NCBI RefSeq assembly: GCF_009914755.1
Contig: NC_060937.1
Length of the DNA: 64,000 bases
Reading direction: 5' to 3' (one strand)
From: the human T2T-CHM13v2.0 reference genome, Homo sapiens
Shown here: positions 41,621-61,774 of the stretch, piece by piece
Layout: each line of letters begins with the position of its first letter
How positions within the stretch are numbered: position 1 is the first letter of the stretch
Translations under genes and position numbers: made by a program
Notes under the pieces: model-generated
Seen by the model: only the letters and a program-made list of their open reading frames with translations
Told to the model about the DNA's origin: nothing
The model's database searches: none

Positions 41621-44600
41621 TGGTTTTATCTACCTTTGGTCTTTGACGCTGGTGACCTACAGATGGGGTTTTGGTGTGGATGTCCATTTTGTTTATTTTG
41701 ATGCTATTCCTTTCTGTTTGTTTTTTTTTTTTTTCCTTCTAACAGGCCCCTCAGCTGCAGGTCTGTTGGAGTTTGCTGGAGGTCTGCTCCAGACCCTGTT
41801 TGTCAGGGTATCACCAGCAGAGGCTGCAGAACAGCAAATATTGCAGAACAGCAAATATTGCTGCCTGATCCTTCCTCTGGAAACTTCGTCCCTGAGGGGC
41901 ACCCACCTGTATGAGGTGTCTGTCTGCTCCTACTGAGATGTGTCTCCTAATCAGGCTACACGAGAGTCAGGGACCCACTTGAAGAGGCAGTCTGTCCATT
42001 CTCAGAGCTCCAACACCATGCTGGGAGAATCATTGCTCTCTTCAGAGCTGTCAAACAGGGACCTTTAAGTCTTCAGAAGTTGTCTGCTGCCTTTTGTTCA
42101 GCTATGCCCTGCCCACAGAGGTTGAGTCTAGAGAGGCAGTATGCCTTGATGAGCTGCAGTGGGCTCTGCCCAGTTCAAGCTTCCTGGCCACTTTATTTAC
42201 CTACTCAAGCCTCAGCAATGACAGGAGCCCCTCCCCCGACCAGGCTGCAACCTTGCAGGTCGATCTCAGACTGCAGTGCTAGCAGTGAGCAAGGCTCCAT
42301 GGGTGTGGGACCCACTGAGCCAGGCACGGGTGGGAATCTCCTGGTCTGCCAGTTGCTAAGACCATGGGAAAAGTGCAGTATTTGGGCGGGAGTGTATCAT
42401 TCCTCCAGGTACAGTCTGTCACAGCTTCCCTTGGCTAGAAAGGGAAATCCCCCGACCCCTAGTGCTTCCAGGGTGAGGTGACACCCTGCCCTGCTTCCAC
42501 TTGCCCTTCATGGGCTGCACCCACTGTCCAAACAGTCCCAGTTAGATGAAGCAGGTACCTCAATAGGAAATGCAGAAATCACCCATCTTCTGTGTCTATC
42601 TCGATGGGAGCTGCAGACTGGAGCTGTTCCTATTTGGCCATCTCGTCATGTACTTTTAATGTTATAATATTTCTTTCCTTTTTTATGCTTTTTGTGTACT
42701 TACATTGATGTCTGTGCAACTGGTGATGCAGTCACCTCTTCCAAACTTCACAGAGTGCTTTTTGTAGAGGAAGATTTTTACCTGTGCATTGGCCTGAGTG
42801 TACAGTTGGGCAGGGTGTGGCGGCTTTGGTTCTCTGTGGGAACAGTGATATAGTCTTCATGAAGCTCTTTCATTGTGATCAACATTAACAATAACTGTTG
42901 ATGGCTCAGTGGTAAAGACTGCAGGAGTTTCTGGCAGTGACAGAAGCTGTGTAAGTTATTAGGGCAAGGGCTTTAGGGATCCCCTTGTTCTTGTATTCTT
43001 CCAAGTGGGAGTAATAGCTAAATGGATCTTTCTTGGTGCTGAGTCTGACAGGATGCACAAGAAGCCACAGCAGTACTGAGATTTACTGCACAGGTGTTTG
43101 GAATGGCTCTGAAGCCAGAGTCCAAGACTTGGGGTCTTGTTAAACCACTGTAGCACTTGGGACTTGAAGTACAGGTTTACTTTTCAAGGGAAGAATGGAT
43201 GTAGCTTTCCCTCTAAGATAGAATCTGTTGCTCTGAGGCACACTCCAACAGCTCAAGCCCGGTGGGTAGGATGTAGCATTGGCTCTAACATGGGGGGCAG
43301 GATATAACATTGGAATGGCTGTCGGGGAGGACTGCTTTGCAGTCTCAGTTCTCAAGGAACAGGAAACACTTGCAATTTGGGACCCAGAACCAGTAGAGTA
43401 TAGTGGTAACATATGTTCTGTGGGGATGAGGTACCATGTAGTGGTGACTCTGGATGCTGGTATGGTGGGACACAGCAGTTGTTCAAGCTTTGTGAGTTTG
43501 AGTGAAGCAGCAGCAAGGACACAGGAATGGTAAGATGTGGGGCAGGGACCAGCACAGAAATATTTACATTCCCTGAAAAGGATGGGTACCTCAGCATCTC
43601 AGACTGTGGGAACCTAGTCCAGTTTCAGGGAGGTGGGGCACAGTGGTTGTTCAGCCTAGAAGGCAGAGTGGCACAGTTCAGAAAAGATTCTGATTTCCTG
43701 GGACCCCTGCCACCATATCTGCTCAGTCCCAGGAAGTGCAGCTACATGGGTCAACAGAGCCTTTGGATCCCTGGGAGTGGGTGCTGCCTCACTGGTGGCA
43801 TGGGAGTAGAGGGTATTGTTTCAGTGTATCAGATGCCTGAGGTTCCTAGAGGCTGAGCACTGCAGTAGCTGTGGCACTAGGGCTTGCAACTGCTCTGGTG
43901 TACTGGAGGCCTGTGATCCTGGTGGGGCTGGAACATTTTCTTGGCTGTGGCACTAAGTTCATGACTAGACCGGAAATTTGAGACTCTGGGTCTTCAGAGG
44001 TGGGCACCTCTTCAGCTTTTCTCTAAGGTTAGAGTTTGCTAGCAACTCATTTAGGGGGTGGAGGAGATCTGTGTTAGCTTGGCCCTAGTGAGTAATAGCA
44101 CTGCTTGAAGATGGAGTGCTACTGGGTAAGCTTGGTGCAGTGGTAGCTTAACCTCAGGGATGGAGGGATGAAATGACTACTCACTCTTAAAGCAGGACAC
44201 ACTCTAGCAGTGATTTTGGTTTTAAGATGATGTAGCACAGTAGTAGCATCGACCACAAAGACCCAGGGTGCAGTGTGGCTGCTTCTCTGAAGGTAGCTCA
44301 GCTTGTAGACTCCAGGGAGCTCACTCAGCTGGGCCCAAAACATGAGAACTGTAGGATTCTTCAGTAGCAAAGAATTCAGATGTCCATGATTTTGATATGG
44401 GCTTCTGTGTTCCTTTTGTTTACATTTTCTCCACAGAAATAAGTACCTTCTGGTTCTGAGCTGATTCCCACTGGGGGAACAAAGTGGGAGAAGCAAGGTG
44501 ATCCTTCTCCTTCCCTATACAGTCATCCTGGTTTCTGTTCTCTGTAGAATTTCTGCTGTTTCTTTGTTGTTCTCCAGCACTATTTTTCTTCTTGGTCAAA

Positions 44601-44989
44601 ATGTAGTTAATTGTTGTTTTGGGTTGTCTTGCAGAGGGAGGAGCACTAAGAGCTTCTAATTGGCCACCTTGCTGACATCACCTGTCAAATTCCACCTTTG
44701 AATGAAAAGGAGCATACTAGATGAGATCTAATTTCGTGGACTTTGCCTAGAATGCCACTGGGAACAGAGCACAAACAGAAGGGGGCAGCCTTATTGGATT
44801 GAGTCAGAGTTTAGCACAATTGCATCAGAATGGAAGTGGGAAGAGGAATGCACCATAATTAGAACATGTAAAATGATCCCTCTTTTCTTAGATAGATTTC
44901 TCACTAGTGGTCCAAAAACAATTTTGTCAAGATAAAGTCATCTGGTCCTGGACTAATTATGCAGCTTTATGCAGCTTCTCCTACTTTTA

Positions 44990-45290
44990 TTCCAACTGAA
45001 TTGTCCTCCTTACATCTTTTCTGAACATATTCTCCTCCCATCACACAACCTGTTTGTATGCTGAACTTTTCACCTAGGTAGTGCTTCCTTATTTTCAATT
45101 CTCAGCTTATCTTTCATTTCCTTGGGAAATCTTTCTCTGACAACCCCGACAAGGAGAAGTCTACCTCTTTTATAATATTAAGTGACTCTCATTAATAAAC
45201 ATCAGAATTTTTAATTTAACTTTAAATGATAGTTTTTGATGAATGTCTATCTATGTCTTCTGCTATCCTATAAATTCTTAACATGGACTT
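44990..45290 (+). mobile_element. L2 fragment
   Basis: TTCTCAGCTT...ATTTCCTTGGGAAATCTTTCTCTGAC is L2-like. Confidence 0.4.
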
Positions 45291-45636
45291 GCATATAAGC
45301 GCTAAATTACTATCTCTTTGATGTTTCTCTGACATTTGAATATTGTTCTATATGCATGCTAATTTTATAATTATAAGAAAAATAAAGAATACATATTTTA
45401 AAACTCACCATAGAAAATTGGAATATATGGAATATTTCTGGACCATAATAAGAAAGCCTGTGAAGTAGGTGGTTATGAATTTAGAAAAGAACTCATTTGC
45501 TCTGTTATGAAGAAGTTTTATCCATTAGAGCTCATTTTCCTTGGTGATAGCATGGAGAAAAGCAGACAAGACAGACCATTAGAAATAGAGTTCCTCCATC
45601 AGGTACACCAAAAAAGTTAATGTAGTATGCTGTAAG

Positions 45637-46260
45637 TAATGTATTATGGCTATAAAAGTAAAGATAGCCAAAGGCCTAATTAAACATCGTGCAGGGCCAA
45701 TACTACCTGCCACTTAATGGTAGATGGTAACGAGGCCTAGGGAACTTTACAGATCTCCATGGGAACTAGAGCTGGGGACTTTCCAATGACCCCCAGTATG
45801 GGACTGTATAGACCCCCATAGCAACCAGGACTGGGGATTATTGGGTCTTTATGACAAGACCTAAAACATATCTTTGCCCTACAGAAAAGGCCACCTTGGC
45901 ACAGACATAACTCTCATAAACCTTAAAACAAAACTTAACTTTACAAGAATAGCTTAGGGTTACTTTATGAAATAAATATCTGGTAACTGACCTAGACTAA
46001 ATATAGGTATAAGAAATGAAGAAGAGTCTTGCAAACTCTGAGAATGGTCTCCATATGGTGATCCTCCTGGTCAGTCAGTCATCCGGCTCATGTTACTGGC
46101 TTGCTCCTGCTATCTGTCTTGTAACAGCACTTCCAAAATAAACTGCTTGAACATCAGTCAGTGTCTATGACTCATCTTTAGTGCAAATCAGACAGAAGGG
46201 GAGAAGCTATTCCCAGAGAAGTTGGTCAACTAGGACCACTTGAGACTCCCAAACATGACA
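45637..46260 (+). mobile_element. ERVL-class solo LTR (MER54/MER73/MER74/LTR53 group, unassigned)
   Basis: Flanked by GTAAG (45632-45636 and 46261-46265), ends ...CATGACA, TATA-like GTATAAGAA at ~46007, AATAAA at 46137. Confidence 0.7.
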
Positions 46261-47739
46261 GTAAGAAAGAGCTGGAGTTTATGTTGTCTTTTTCTCAAAG
46301 TTTTATTAAAACAATCATAATGCAATATTACATCAATTTTCTATACTCTTCTACTCATACAAAATCATAATCATAAACAATAGATTTACTTTTACAAATT
46401 GCTACTCTATAAAGCAACATATAAATATAACTTTTGCTTTTTTTTCTTATAGATGCGATATAAAATGGATTTGTTTTTGCTGTACATATGTATTGCATAG
46501 TGCTTGTTGGTACAAGTGTTTAAAATCATAGATTTGCCAAAAATATTATTTTGAAGAGACACTATTAACTATCCCATCCAAATTGTATTTAGTTCCACAA
46601 AGCTGGAATTGAAGAAAATAAGAATAGTTTACATAAGGAAATAAGTGTAGTTAATCATAAATACTAACTATCCATTAAACAAGACCTTTTCAGTCATTAC
46701 ATTTCCTGTTAATTTACACAGAGCCAGCTTCTAAGCTTTCTAGGAAACCTCCACAGATGCTAGTGTATACTCTGCAAACTAGTAAACTGCCAGACAATGG
46801 AATTTTTAAGTGTTTGAGGAGGTTTCTAATTCAAGAGGACCAATTTTATTCATTAGTTCCACAATCAACAGAGAATCCTTGGGTTCATGTCATAGTTAAT
46901 GAAAACCTACAATTTCCAGAAAAGAAAATGCATTTCCTTAGTCACATCATTACAGAGCCATACACTAATGCTTAGGAGTTTGCATTACCTGTGGGAAATC
47001 TTAAATTGCCATGATGCTAAATGACACTGATACATGTTTTATGAAAACAGTCTACCGTTTTGGACCTTGAATGTTTATAATGGAAGTGTGTATTTTAAAC
47101 ATAAGTATTCTTTAACTCTTCTTACAATGTTATAATTTAAAGTTCAGGTATATTCTTAGTTTTTTTTTCTCTTAAACCAGGAGCTATAAGTTACACATTT
47201 CAGGAATTCTTAACCAATATCTTCAAAGCAAAAGAAAAACACAGTCTGTTTAGTTTATTGCATGGCTTCCACCTACTTAAAAAGACAAAATTCAAAATAT
47301 TTTCATTTATTAAAAAGATACTTAACCTGATCACCATAACTAACAGATGCTGGTTATGAGAACATATGGTTTATTCATAATACCTAAATTTAAACCTTAA
47401 AACCCTGTTGTTTGTCTCAATTTATTTTTGTGAAGAATCATTTTCTAGCTTTTATATTTCAACATTACATTGTTATGTTCTGTTGTCTGCTTAGAGAAAA
47501 GGATCTTTTCAATGTCTTCATCAGTCATATGTTGAACAATCATAGAGAAAAATGATAGACTGGAAGTTAATAGAAAATAATTAGAAATTATCCTTTTTAA
47601 TGCTGGCTGCTTATTTAACTTCAATGCCATTATATTACATTAATGTAATAAAAATCAATCACTCTATATTAGAGCTTTGTTGTACAAGATGATAGAAACT
47701 TGAGAAAAATCAATTTAGTTTTGTACCAATTGAGATGAC

Positions 47740-47920
47740 ACACATGGCTTGTGAAAACTAAAGAAGTGGAGAAAGTACTTCAGTAGCCACTAATGACAGG
47801 GCCAGTGTTAATTAAAATCCAACACAATTCTAAGCCACCTGTGTTATGATCCTGATCTTTTGTTAGTTGAGAAGAAAAACCCTTGTTATTGTTTAAATCA
47901 TCTGGTTTAGCATACTACAA
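47740..47920 (+). mobile_element. Old MLT1 LTR fragment
   Basis: TTAGTTGAGAAGAAAAACCCTTG..TTGTTTAAATCA resembles MLT1 3' ends. Confidence 0.35.
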
Positions 47921-49008
47921 ATGTATTTTCAATACAGTTTAATAATTATATTCAGGCATATTATTTTAATTTGTATTTAAAGCAATCAAAGATGTTGGTT
48001 TTATTGGTAATTACAGTGCCCAGGGAAAACTAAAATAATGAGATTCTGATAATGGCTTGATTTTCAGTTTAGTTTATTGAGTGATATTTAAATGGAATCA
48101 CAGAGTAAGAAGTGATTTAAAGAATGTATTTTGTCTATAATCTTCAATTTAGATAGGACAATAGTTAAATATGCTATCAACACACACTATGATTCTGAAT
48201 TATAGATAATTAATAATGTAACAAGCTTTTCTATGTAACATTATCTTTAATATGGAAGCAGTTTTTACATATGACATTTACAAATAATATTTTATGTTTA
48301 CAGATGCTATTGTTGGTAAAGTATATTGTTCTCAATTTGTTGACATTTTATATTTGGAATATGTACACAAATATTTGTGGTAGATTATGTAGGTACTTTC
48401 TTTGAGACATCATGATATAGAGGTTCTAAATAAAAACCAAGAAAGAAATAAAATAACACTTAAAATTATAAAATGTTTTACATTAGTGCTGACAAGTAAT
48501 TCATTATTGTCATATTTGCTTAATTTATAATTTTTATATTCTTTATTCATACCATAAACCACTGCTGCTCTCCTAGTAGTAGAAAGATACGTTTTCTATC
48601 AATTTAAAAATGTGTTTTAATCTTTTTATCTTTGTTATTGAAAGAAGTTCTTCCAAATTGCTAATTCAAAGCTTTTTGCGATAACCTCTCATTAAATTCT
48701 ATGCTTTTGAATCTACTGTAAACATTATTTCAAGTTAGAAATAATGCCTGATTAAATACATCATAAACTTTCTATTGATCTTTAACTCTGCCAGCCCCTA
48801 ATTGACTAGAGGTGTCTAGATGCAAAAGACAAAGACCCTACAGTTGACCAAACGCATCATATTCCATTGTACAGTGTGCCATCCCCATAAATTATCCTTC
48901 TTTACACAACACACTCATAAAACAACAAATCAGACATTGAAACAAGTATTTACTGAATATATAATATACCCAAATGTAAGGTAAACCTCATAGATAAAAA
49001 GTATTTAC

Positions 49009-49298
49009 AGCTGGGCACAGTCGCTCATGCTTGTAATTCCAACACTTTGGGAGGCAGTCAGAGGATTACTTGAACCCAGGAGTTCAAGACCAGCCTGGGC
49101 AATAAAATAAGACCTCATCTTTACAAAACAATAAAAATAAAACATAGCCAGTCATGGTGGCATGCACCTGTAGTCCCAGGTAATTGGGAAGCTAATGTGG
49201 GAGGATTGCTTGAGTCTGGTAGACCAAAACCATAGTGAGCTATGATGGCACCACTGTACTCCAGCCCGGGTGACAGAGTGAGATACTTTCTCAAAAAC
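49009..49298 (+). mobile_element. AluJ full length
   Basis: GAGGATTACTTGAACCCAGGAGTTCAAGACC and GGGAGGATTGCTTGAG J-type diagnostics; TSD AAAAAGTATTTA at 48996-49007 and 49299-49310. Confidence 0.93.
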
Positions 49299-49512
49299 AA
49301 AAAGTATTTAAAAACATTAATGATAAAAGAAAAATACAATGAAATACAAATTTTTCTATAAAAGGGTACATAAACATACATTTTTTACATAAAAGTGCAC
49401 ACAAATATACATAAACATACATATATTAGAGGGCTGTATTATGGAGATGGTATGCACTGAACTATGGAGAGATGAAATAAAGTCAATCATATTTGTATTC
49501 ATTCTTGCTGTA

Positions 49513-54410
<4,898 letters not shown>

Positions 54411-55763
54411 TGAGACATATCTGAAAGCAAATGCTAAATCTGAGAAACAACAAAACTATTATGTTCAAGAAAATGAGTGGGGGTATACTCAGTAAATATT
54501 AAATTATATATATGTGGCATTAAAGTTGCATTTCAACATGCATCTCATTGTATAATCTGTCAATAACTTCCATTTATTATAAATTGAAGAAGAGTGTTAT
54601 ATAAATTCAGAAATAATTTATATTTTACTTTGATTTTTCCAACAAAATGATTGATATTAAATATTATCTAGTCAAAACTGCACTACTGTTTTATGTGTAA
54701 AAATATGTTTGTATAAAAGATTATTATTATAGAATTACAAATGTTTGTAAATACTTGAGATTCATTGATTTACACATGAGCCATACAAATAAATCAGTTA
54801 CTGAAAACACTAGTTTATTATACTAGTATGTATAATACTAGCTGAAAGTATATCATATCCAATTAAAAACTGATACATATTAAAAATCTAAATAAAAATT
54901 TTGCTAATTTATTTTGTTTTCACAATAATATAAGGAATTTTAAAAATTATCCTCTTCTTAATAAAAGGGTAATAAATTAATTTTGTCTGTGTATTAATAT
55001 AATCGAATGCCTCTTTAATATTTGTCATCATAGTATATGCAACTAATGTATTTAAAATTAATTTCTTAAATATGTAGCCAGTTTTTCTTTGACCATAAAT
55101 TATATTTCCACATTACAAGTTCATGTGGAAGTCATATTATCTCACATCCCTAGATGATATTTAGTGTGTTAAATACCATGTTAATAACATTAGCTTAAGT
55201 GTATCCAAGAAAATATAAGCTTAGGCTAATTCAAGAAAAAATTAATATTGCTAGAAAGCAACAAATGTTAAATATGTAACTCCAACTTTCAGTAGAAATA
55301 TTTCCTACAATTTCAAACTCTAATTTTACGTTTTTTACATTTTAGTTTTATCAACGTTAAGGTAGATATATGGTTCTCTTAGCAGATATTCCAAATATTT
55401 ACCCATTTTACTTTTATACATTTTACCTTGTCAAAAATCAAATTTATTACTATAACTATTGATTACATGAGAACATTCTTAAATCGAGAAGCTTGAAAGC
55501 TCATATTTTATTATTGCAACAACACTGTGGATGTTTTCTATAAAGTGAGACATTCCCCTTGTTCACTTTTCAAGAAAATATTCATCAGATACCTAGGACT
55601 GAATAATCATGATTTTGCTGTCAAGTTGTTTTCACAAATACAAATGGCTGGCCGTGGAAAGATAATGTGTTTGAGTTTGCAACTCAAGTAACATCATAAG
55701 TAATTTTTTGGAGACACTTATTATAATTTGGTATGTAGCAAACGTGCATTTCGTCACAGAATA

Positions 55764-56093
55764 CAGTCATGAACCTCCTAACATTTCAGTCAATGAGGTG
55801 GTCCCATAAGGTTATAATACTGTATTTTTAATGTGCTTTTTCTATATTTAAATTGTTTAGCTACACAAATACTTACCATTGTGTTACATTTGCCTGCAGT
55901 ATTCCGTACAGTGACATGGCATACAGGTTTTTAGCATAGGCGAAATAGGCTATATCATACAGTGGAGATGTGTAGTAGGCTATGTCATCCAGGTTTGTAT
56001 AAGTGCACTCTATGATGTTCACAGAAGGATGAGGTCACACAGTGACACATTTCTCAAAACATATTTTTGTCATAACGTGACACATACTAACTG
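55764..56093 (+). mobile_element. Tigger3a (MER7A) non-autonomous DNA transposon
   Basis: TA|CAGTCATG...GTGGTCCCATAAG...ACACAAATACTTACCATTGTGTTACA...ACTG|TA with TA target duplication. Confidence 0.88.
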
Positions 56094-56534
56094 TATTTTA
56101 AAATCAGATACTCAAAATTCAATATTTAAGGCAACTTTTAAGTGTATTCAAGTTAAAGTTTTTTAAAAATATATTTGTTTGTGTTTCAAGAGATCATTTT
56201 AGAGTTAAACCTATATGTGTATACAACATATATATTTTCTATGCCACTAATAAGGTACCCACTAGTTTTACATGTCCAAGAAAACTATTAGTTCAATGAA
56301 AAAGGTGAATATTTATTAGTATCACTATTTAATTATTTTAAAAATTGGCTTTATAAACCATTTAGCAGGGTCTCAGGATCTGTGAGGCAGAAGTTTTAAG
56401 AACCACAATAAAAGCAGAGCTATGTAATTTAACTTTACAGAAATTATTATCTCTTTCAGACAAAAATGATTTATAATATATTTGCTTTTTACATATTAAC
56501 ATAAATTTTATGGAAGAATGACTTGCTCTAGCTG

Positions 56535-56845
56535 CTGTGAATGATGTTTGAAGATTTTCTCAGTCATCTGCTCCTTCAGGAATTGCCTGCTGTGAACAAG
56601 CCAACATTACCCACGCCTACATTACAGCCTTTCTTGAGTTTTCCTCCATTTAAAGACTGAGGAGTTGTTTTATCTCTACAGGTTTATTTGGCGGTCAGCA
56701 GAATGTGGTGACCAGGCATTACAATTCTTCCTGTGCCCAATCTTGCTCCCTTTCCTTCATTTCCCAGATGTTGATATTGAAAAAAAGAAATTATTGGCAT
56801 TTTAAACTCTATCACAGACTATGTTTCTTGAGAATTTAAACTTTA
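56535..56845 (+). mobile_element. LTR16-like ERVL LTR fragment
   Basis: CCTTCAGGAATTGCC...TTCTTCCTGTGCCCAATCTTGCTCCCTT...AGATGTTGAT...AAACTCTATCACAGACTATGTTTC. Confidence 0.6.
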
Positions 56846-59800
56846 GCACTTGCTTGACTAATGGGCATACAACATATACAAATATATCTCTATATAAAAC
56901 CTATAGTGATATTATGAATAGATTCTTTTCATTTCCCTTCTGGAGGGAACTCCAGAATGTCAAAATAGTCATTCAAGAAGATGTATATATTTGGGACAGA
57001 CCTCAAATATAATGTACTGTGGTAATGAATGAAGATTTTGATGGAAGAATGTTCGCTTTAGATACCGCATTAGAGAGATGATTGTAATGTGTGGAAGATA
57101 CTCCTCATTTTCAAGATAGAGTTTTTGTAATATTTCATCAGGAAAACAAGAGCTCATTTTCTTATACAAGGAGTTAAAATAGTAGGTAGTAAGGATGCCT
57201 TCAAAGACAATTCCTTTTGTTATGTACTAGACCTTCCCCCACCCCACCAACTAGCACTAGGTAGAAGAAAAAGCTAACATTGAATATTACTTTTCAAACA
57301 ATCTACTATGGGACTAAATGCAGAACCATCACACTCTTTTATTTACACTTCTTGCATTTTCGGTACAGTCCTTGACCTCCAAGTAAATCTGTACTGAACA
57401 TAATATATATATTTTACTAAATAATTTAACATATGTAATGAATATTTTAGCCTAAAAATATTTTGAAATGTGTAATGTTGGCTTTTGTAAAAAAAAATGT
57501 AATTTTTAAAAAGTATTTGATTAAAAATTAAACAAGACGAACCTTCTACATTTGAAATTTAAAAATAAGTACTTCAAAAGAAAGCACAAAATTCTCAGGA
57601 AAAAAGGCAAATATTTTGAAGATACATTGAGGTAGAACAGTGCAATATGAATTTCAAGCTTTAATACTATCTAATTCTTATGACAAAAGTATCACTAGTT
57701 TTACACAAAATATATGAAGGTCAGATTATGTGTGCAAGAATTACGACATGAAAAATAGGTACCTGATCCAATATTTGAAATTAGGGTTTCTTACTGCATT
57801 TACAGTCCTCCACTCTATCCCATGGCTGAATGAATAGGAAGCCGCTGAAGTAACTATGGTGACAAGTTGAGAAAAGCTGAGATTTTCCTATTAAATATTG
57901 AGATATATATGTTTAAAAACAAAAAGAAAGCACTTCCTATGAAGGTTATCATTTTTCTAAAACTAGATTTCCCACTTTTTCTTCTAAATAATTTTGATAT
58001 TTAATGTATTTCTACAAAACCTCTTAACATTTTTGCCTATAGTAGCTTACATTTTCCATTAGCCTGTTTAAATGTATTATTTGGTGTATTTTAATATGTT
58101 CTCACATAGTTTTAGAGTCAGACAATATGTAAATGTAGTAAATCTCAGCTCTGTAAATATATACCATCTATTTAACACCTTGGGTTACTGTACCCCTTTT
58201 AAATGTGTGTACTATTGTTTAGGATTTATTAATTCAGTTCCACTTAACTGATTTTCACAGGTTGCCATAGTTTGCAGTAAATCATGACTCTTTTTTATTC
58301 TTCGTGGTGTCAAGAAAATAATGCAGCTATTTATATCAATATAAAATATGCAGATATGTAATTAGAAAGTGATTCTAATTACTATCTAGCCTGCTAATAA
58401 CAATAAACTTAGTCAGTTGACGACATAATATATCCAAACACAATTCTTCTAATAATTTTAAATAGTATACCCTACAATTAATTGTTACAAACATGACTTT
58501 ACAGGTAAATCCTACTTGTGATTCGCAAAATACCTTTTGTAAAGAGATTTCCTTTATCAAATAAAAATGTGAGATAAATGCAACATTTGAGGTTATGAAA
58601 GTAGACAATTAACTTCCTGGTGATGATTATTTTAATTGGTAAAATACCATTTTAGTTATTATATTTACCATCAAGAGAAAAATAAGGGGCAGATGTAATG
58701 TAGCATACATAAAATTTCTTCACTTGCCAACAGATGTGTACTTCAACTCAAACAGCTGTTTGCTCTTTTTTGGTGTTTATTCATGTCTGTGAGTACATAA
58801 TTTATATTAATTTGTAAAATAATCTTAAAAAGCTAAATAATTTAAAGGAAATGGGGCTTTGGAGAAATTGTGGGGTATTTTAAATAAATTCTGCAAAGTG
58901 GAGAAATTTCAGAAAAATTATCAGATGTTTATATGTCTTTGAGACACTAAGAGTATACTGAATATATATTCAGTCGCTTCATGCCTGGAAAGAATTAGTA
59001 GTACTATTGTGGAGTCATCATTTCATTTTGATCAGAAATTGTAGTGCTTTTCAATAGGCGTTTCTATGGGAGTTTTCCTAAAGAAGAGAATGAGTAGCAA
59101 TACATTTGTATTTAATTTGAATCTCAAGAAATAGAAATGTATCATTTTGTTAAAATGAAGAATATTTATTTTAAAAAATCAACTGATTTTAGAAAGAATA
59201 TTCATACCCTATCTTGTCATTAGCGAACTTCAACATTTCTATAAACGTAACAACAGAATCAACAAATACAATACTCCAAATGATGTTTGTTTAAAACATG
59301 ATTCTGAAATATCCAAAAATAAACTTATCAAAACATTATTCAAATTAGAAATTATTCAATTACTCTCTGTGACTTCTGCCCCCTGCCTCCACAACCCACA
59401 AAAAAACCTTCAAAATATAAGCTTCTTGAGGGTTTCATGGTCCAGGCTACAATTGAACAATTTTTGATGCATTCAGAACTGGGGACACTGCTTTATTAAT
59501 TACTTTTCAACTTTTAGACTATTATCCTGGTTATTAAATGAATAATTTATTGTCTTCTTAAGTGATAGCTGCCCTTTTCTAGTTTTCCACTATTTCCCAG
59601 GCACATAAGATTATTATTGCATTTATGTGGAACACATGAATTAGGTTTGTTGTCTACTCTCCATTTTGAGGGTCTCCTAAAGAGTGACTTCGACAGTGGC
59701 AATCTGTCCAACAATTTTTCACTTCCTCTGTTTCCCCATCACTCCTCACAGACTCTCAGCCACTCACATTCCATTTACCCTAGTAGGAAACATATGGCAC

Positions 59801-60953
59801 AAGAGGATTTTGGGGCTATGGCACTGCCAGTGTCCAGCCAGAGAGAAAACTTCAATGGAGTTCCTAGAGTACTTTATTTCCCTAGCCCTCATGCTCCCCT
59901 AGAGGATTTTCCCTTATCTATTTTCTCATTTAACTTCCTTTCTGCTAAATTCCTGTTTACTGAAGGAGATAATTAGCTCTGGGTGATTATGATAATTTTG
60001 TCTTCACTCTCCAGTTATCCTCCCAGTAGGCACACACACACAAAATGCTTAGTACACTGGTTTTCCTTGCCTTTTGGAGAATCACAAGCTCTATGAGTAG
60101 CTTCTGCTATTAACATGTTTTAGGGTTGTGTATCTATCCCCAGAATACCTGCTTAAACTGACCATCTTCTTCACTTCAAATTAGGAGTAAGGGAAATTTC
60201 AGGATTTCTGTCTGATTAATTTTTATTTCTCTCTTATATCACATTCTCACAGAACTTTTGATGGAGTCTATGTGAAGGGAGGGTGGGAAAGATTAGAGCT
60301 AAAAGATTTATTTCTTTTTCTTTCTTTGCTTACCAAATCCATTTGAAAGATAGGCCATGATATGTTCCTTTGCTAGTTTGACTGCTGTTTGGATTAATGT
60401 GGTGTAGAGTTATAGATATATATGTAAATAGACAGATATTCATGTGGATAGATAAAGACATAGAGATACATATATAAATCTGTTAGATTTTCATTTTTCT
60501 TTTCACTTATTTTCCTTCGATTTTTAGTACTGATGAGTAGGCTTTCTTTTGTATGTCTTTACCCTGCTAACGTAAGCTATAATTTGGTGGTGAGTTTGAA
60601 TTTGCAGAATTTTATTCAATTGAATTCAAATTTATCATTATTTGTAGTGAGTTGTGTTTTTAGTTCTATGTATCAATAGAGTTTATATATTCCTAAAAAG
60701 CCACCAAAATAGCATGCTGATAAAGCAAAACTGAGATAATTCTTAGAGTTCTAAGATAGATTTTTACCTTGACAGAATCCTCATAACACCTCAAATCAGG
60801 GAGGGCAAAGTGGTGATATATTTGAAGTTTTGAGTCTAGTTTAAATTATATATAGATGCTTTTGATTAACATAACGCATTAATTTAAATAAATCAAAATA
60901 GAGTATTCTTAATCGTCGCATGTTTAGTAATTATAACAAATGTGCTACCCTAG

Positions 60954-61630
<677 letters not shown>

Positions 61631-61774
61631 GCCCTTAATGAAAATGATAGAATCATAAAGTAAAACTTATAAGTAAAAGGGAATTTATTACTCTTTCCAA
61701 TGCAGGAGTATGTTCTACCAAATTCTCGATAGGAGAATTATTAGAAAAATTAGCAACATTAGCAAAATAAAAAT

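Noticed and set aside
41825-41862. 17-bp tandem TGCAGAACAGCAAATAT
   Set aside because: As I recall, a similar duplication is in the 5' UTR consensus of L1PA subfamilies of this age, so it is not locus-specific.
42959-44496. Cluster of ORFs in GC-richer sequence suggesting an exon or promoter
   Set aside because: Lies in the 5' UTR of the old L1MA; CpG-depleted, with no recognisable protein.
58957-58974. Perfect 18-bp palindrome ACTGAATATATATTCAGT
   Set aside because: Nine-bp arms with an AT core are expected by chance in 64 kb of AT-rich DNA.
59617-59976. 119-aa ORF in non-repeat-looking sequence
   Set aside because: TTG start, no recognisable domain or splice structure, and within chance length.
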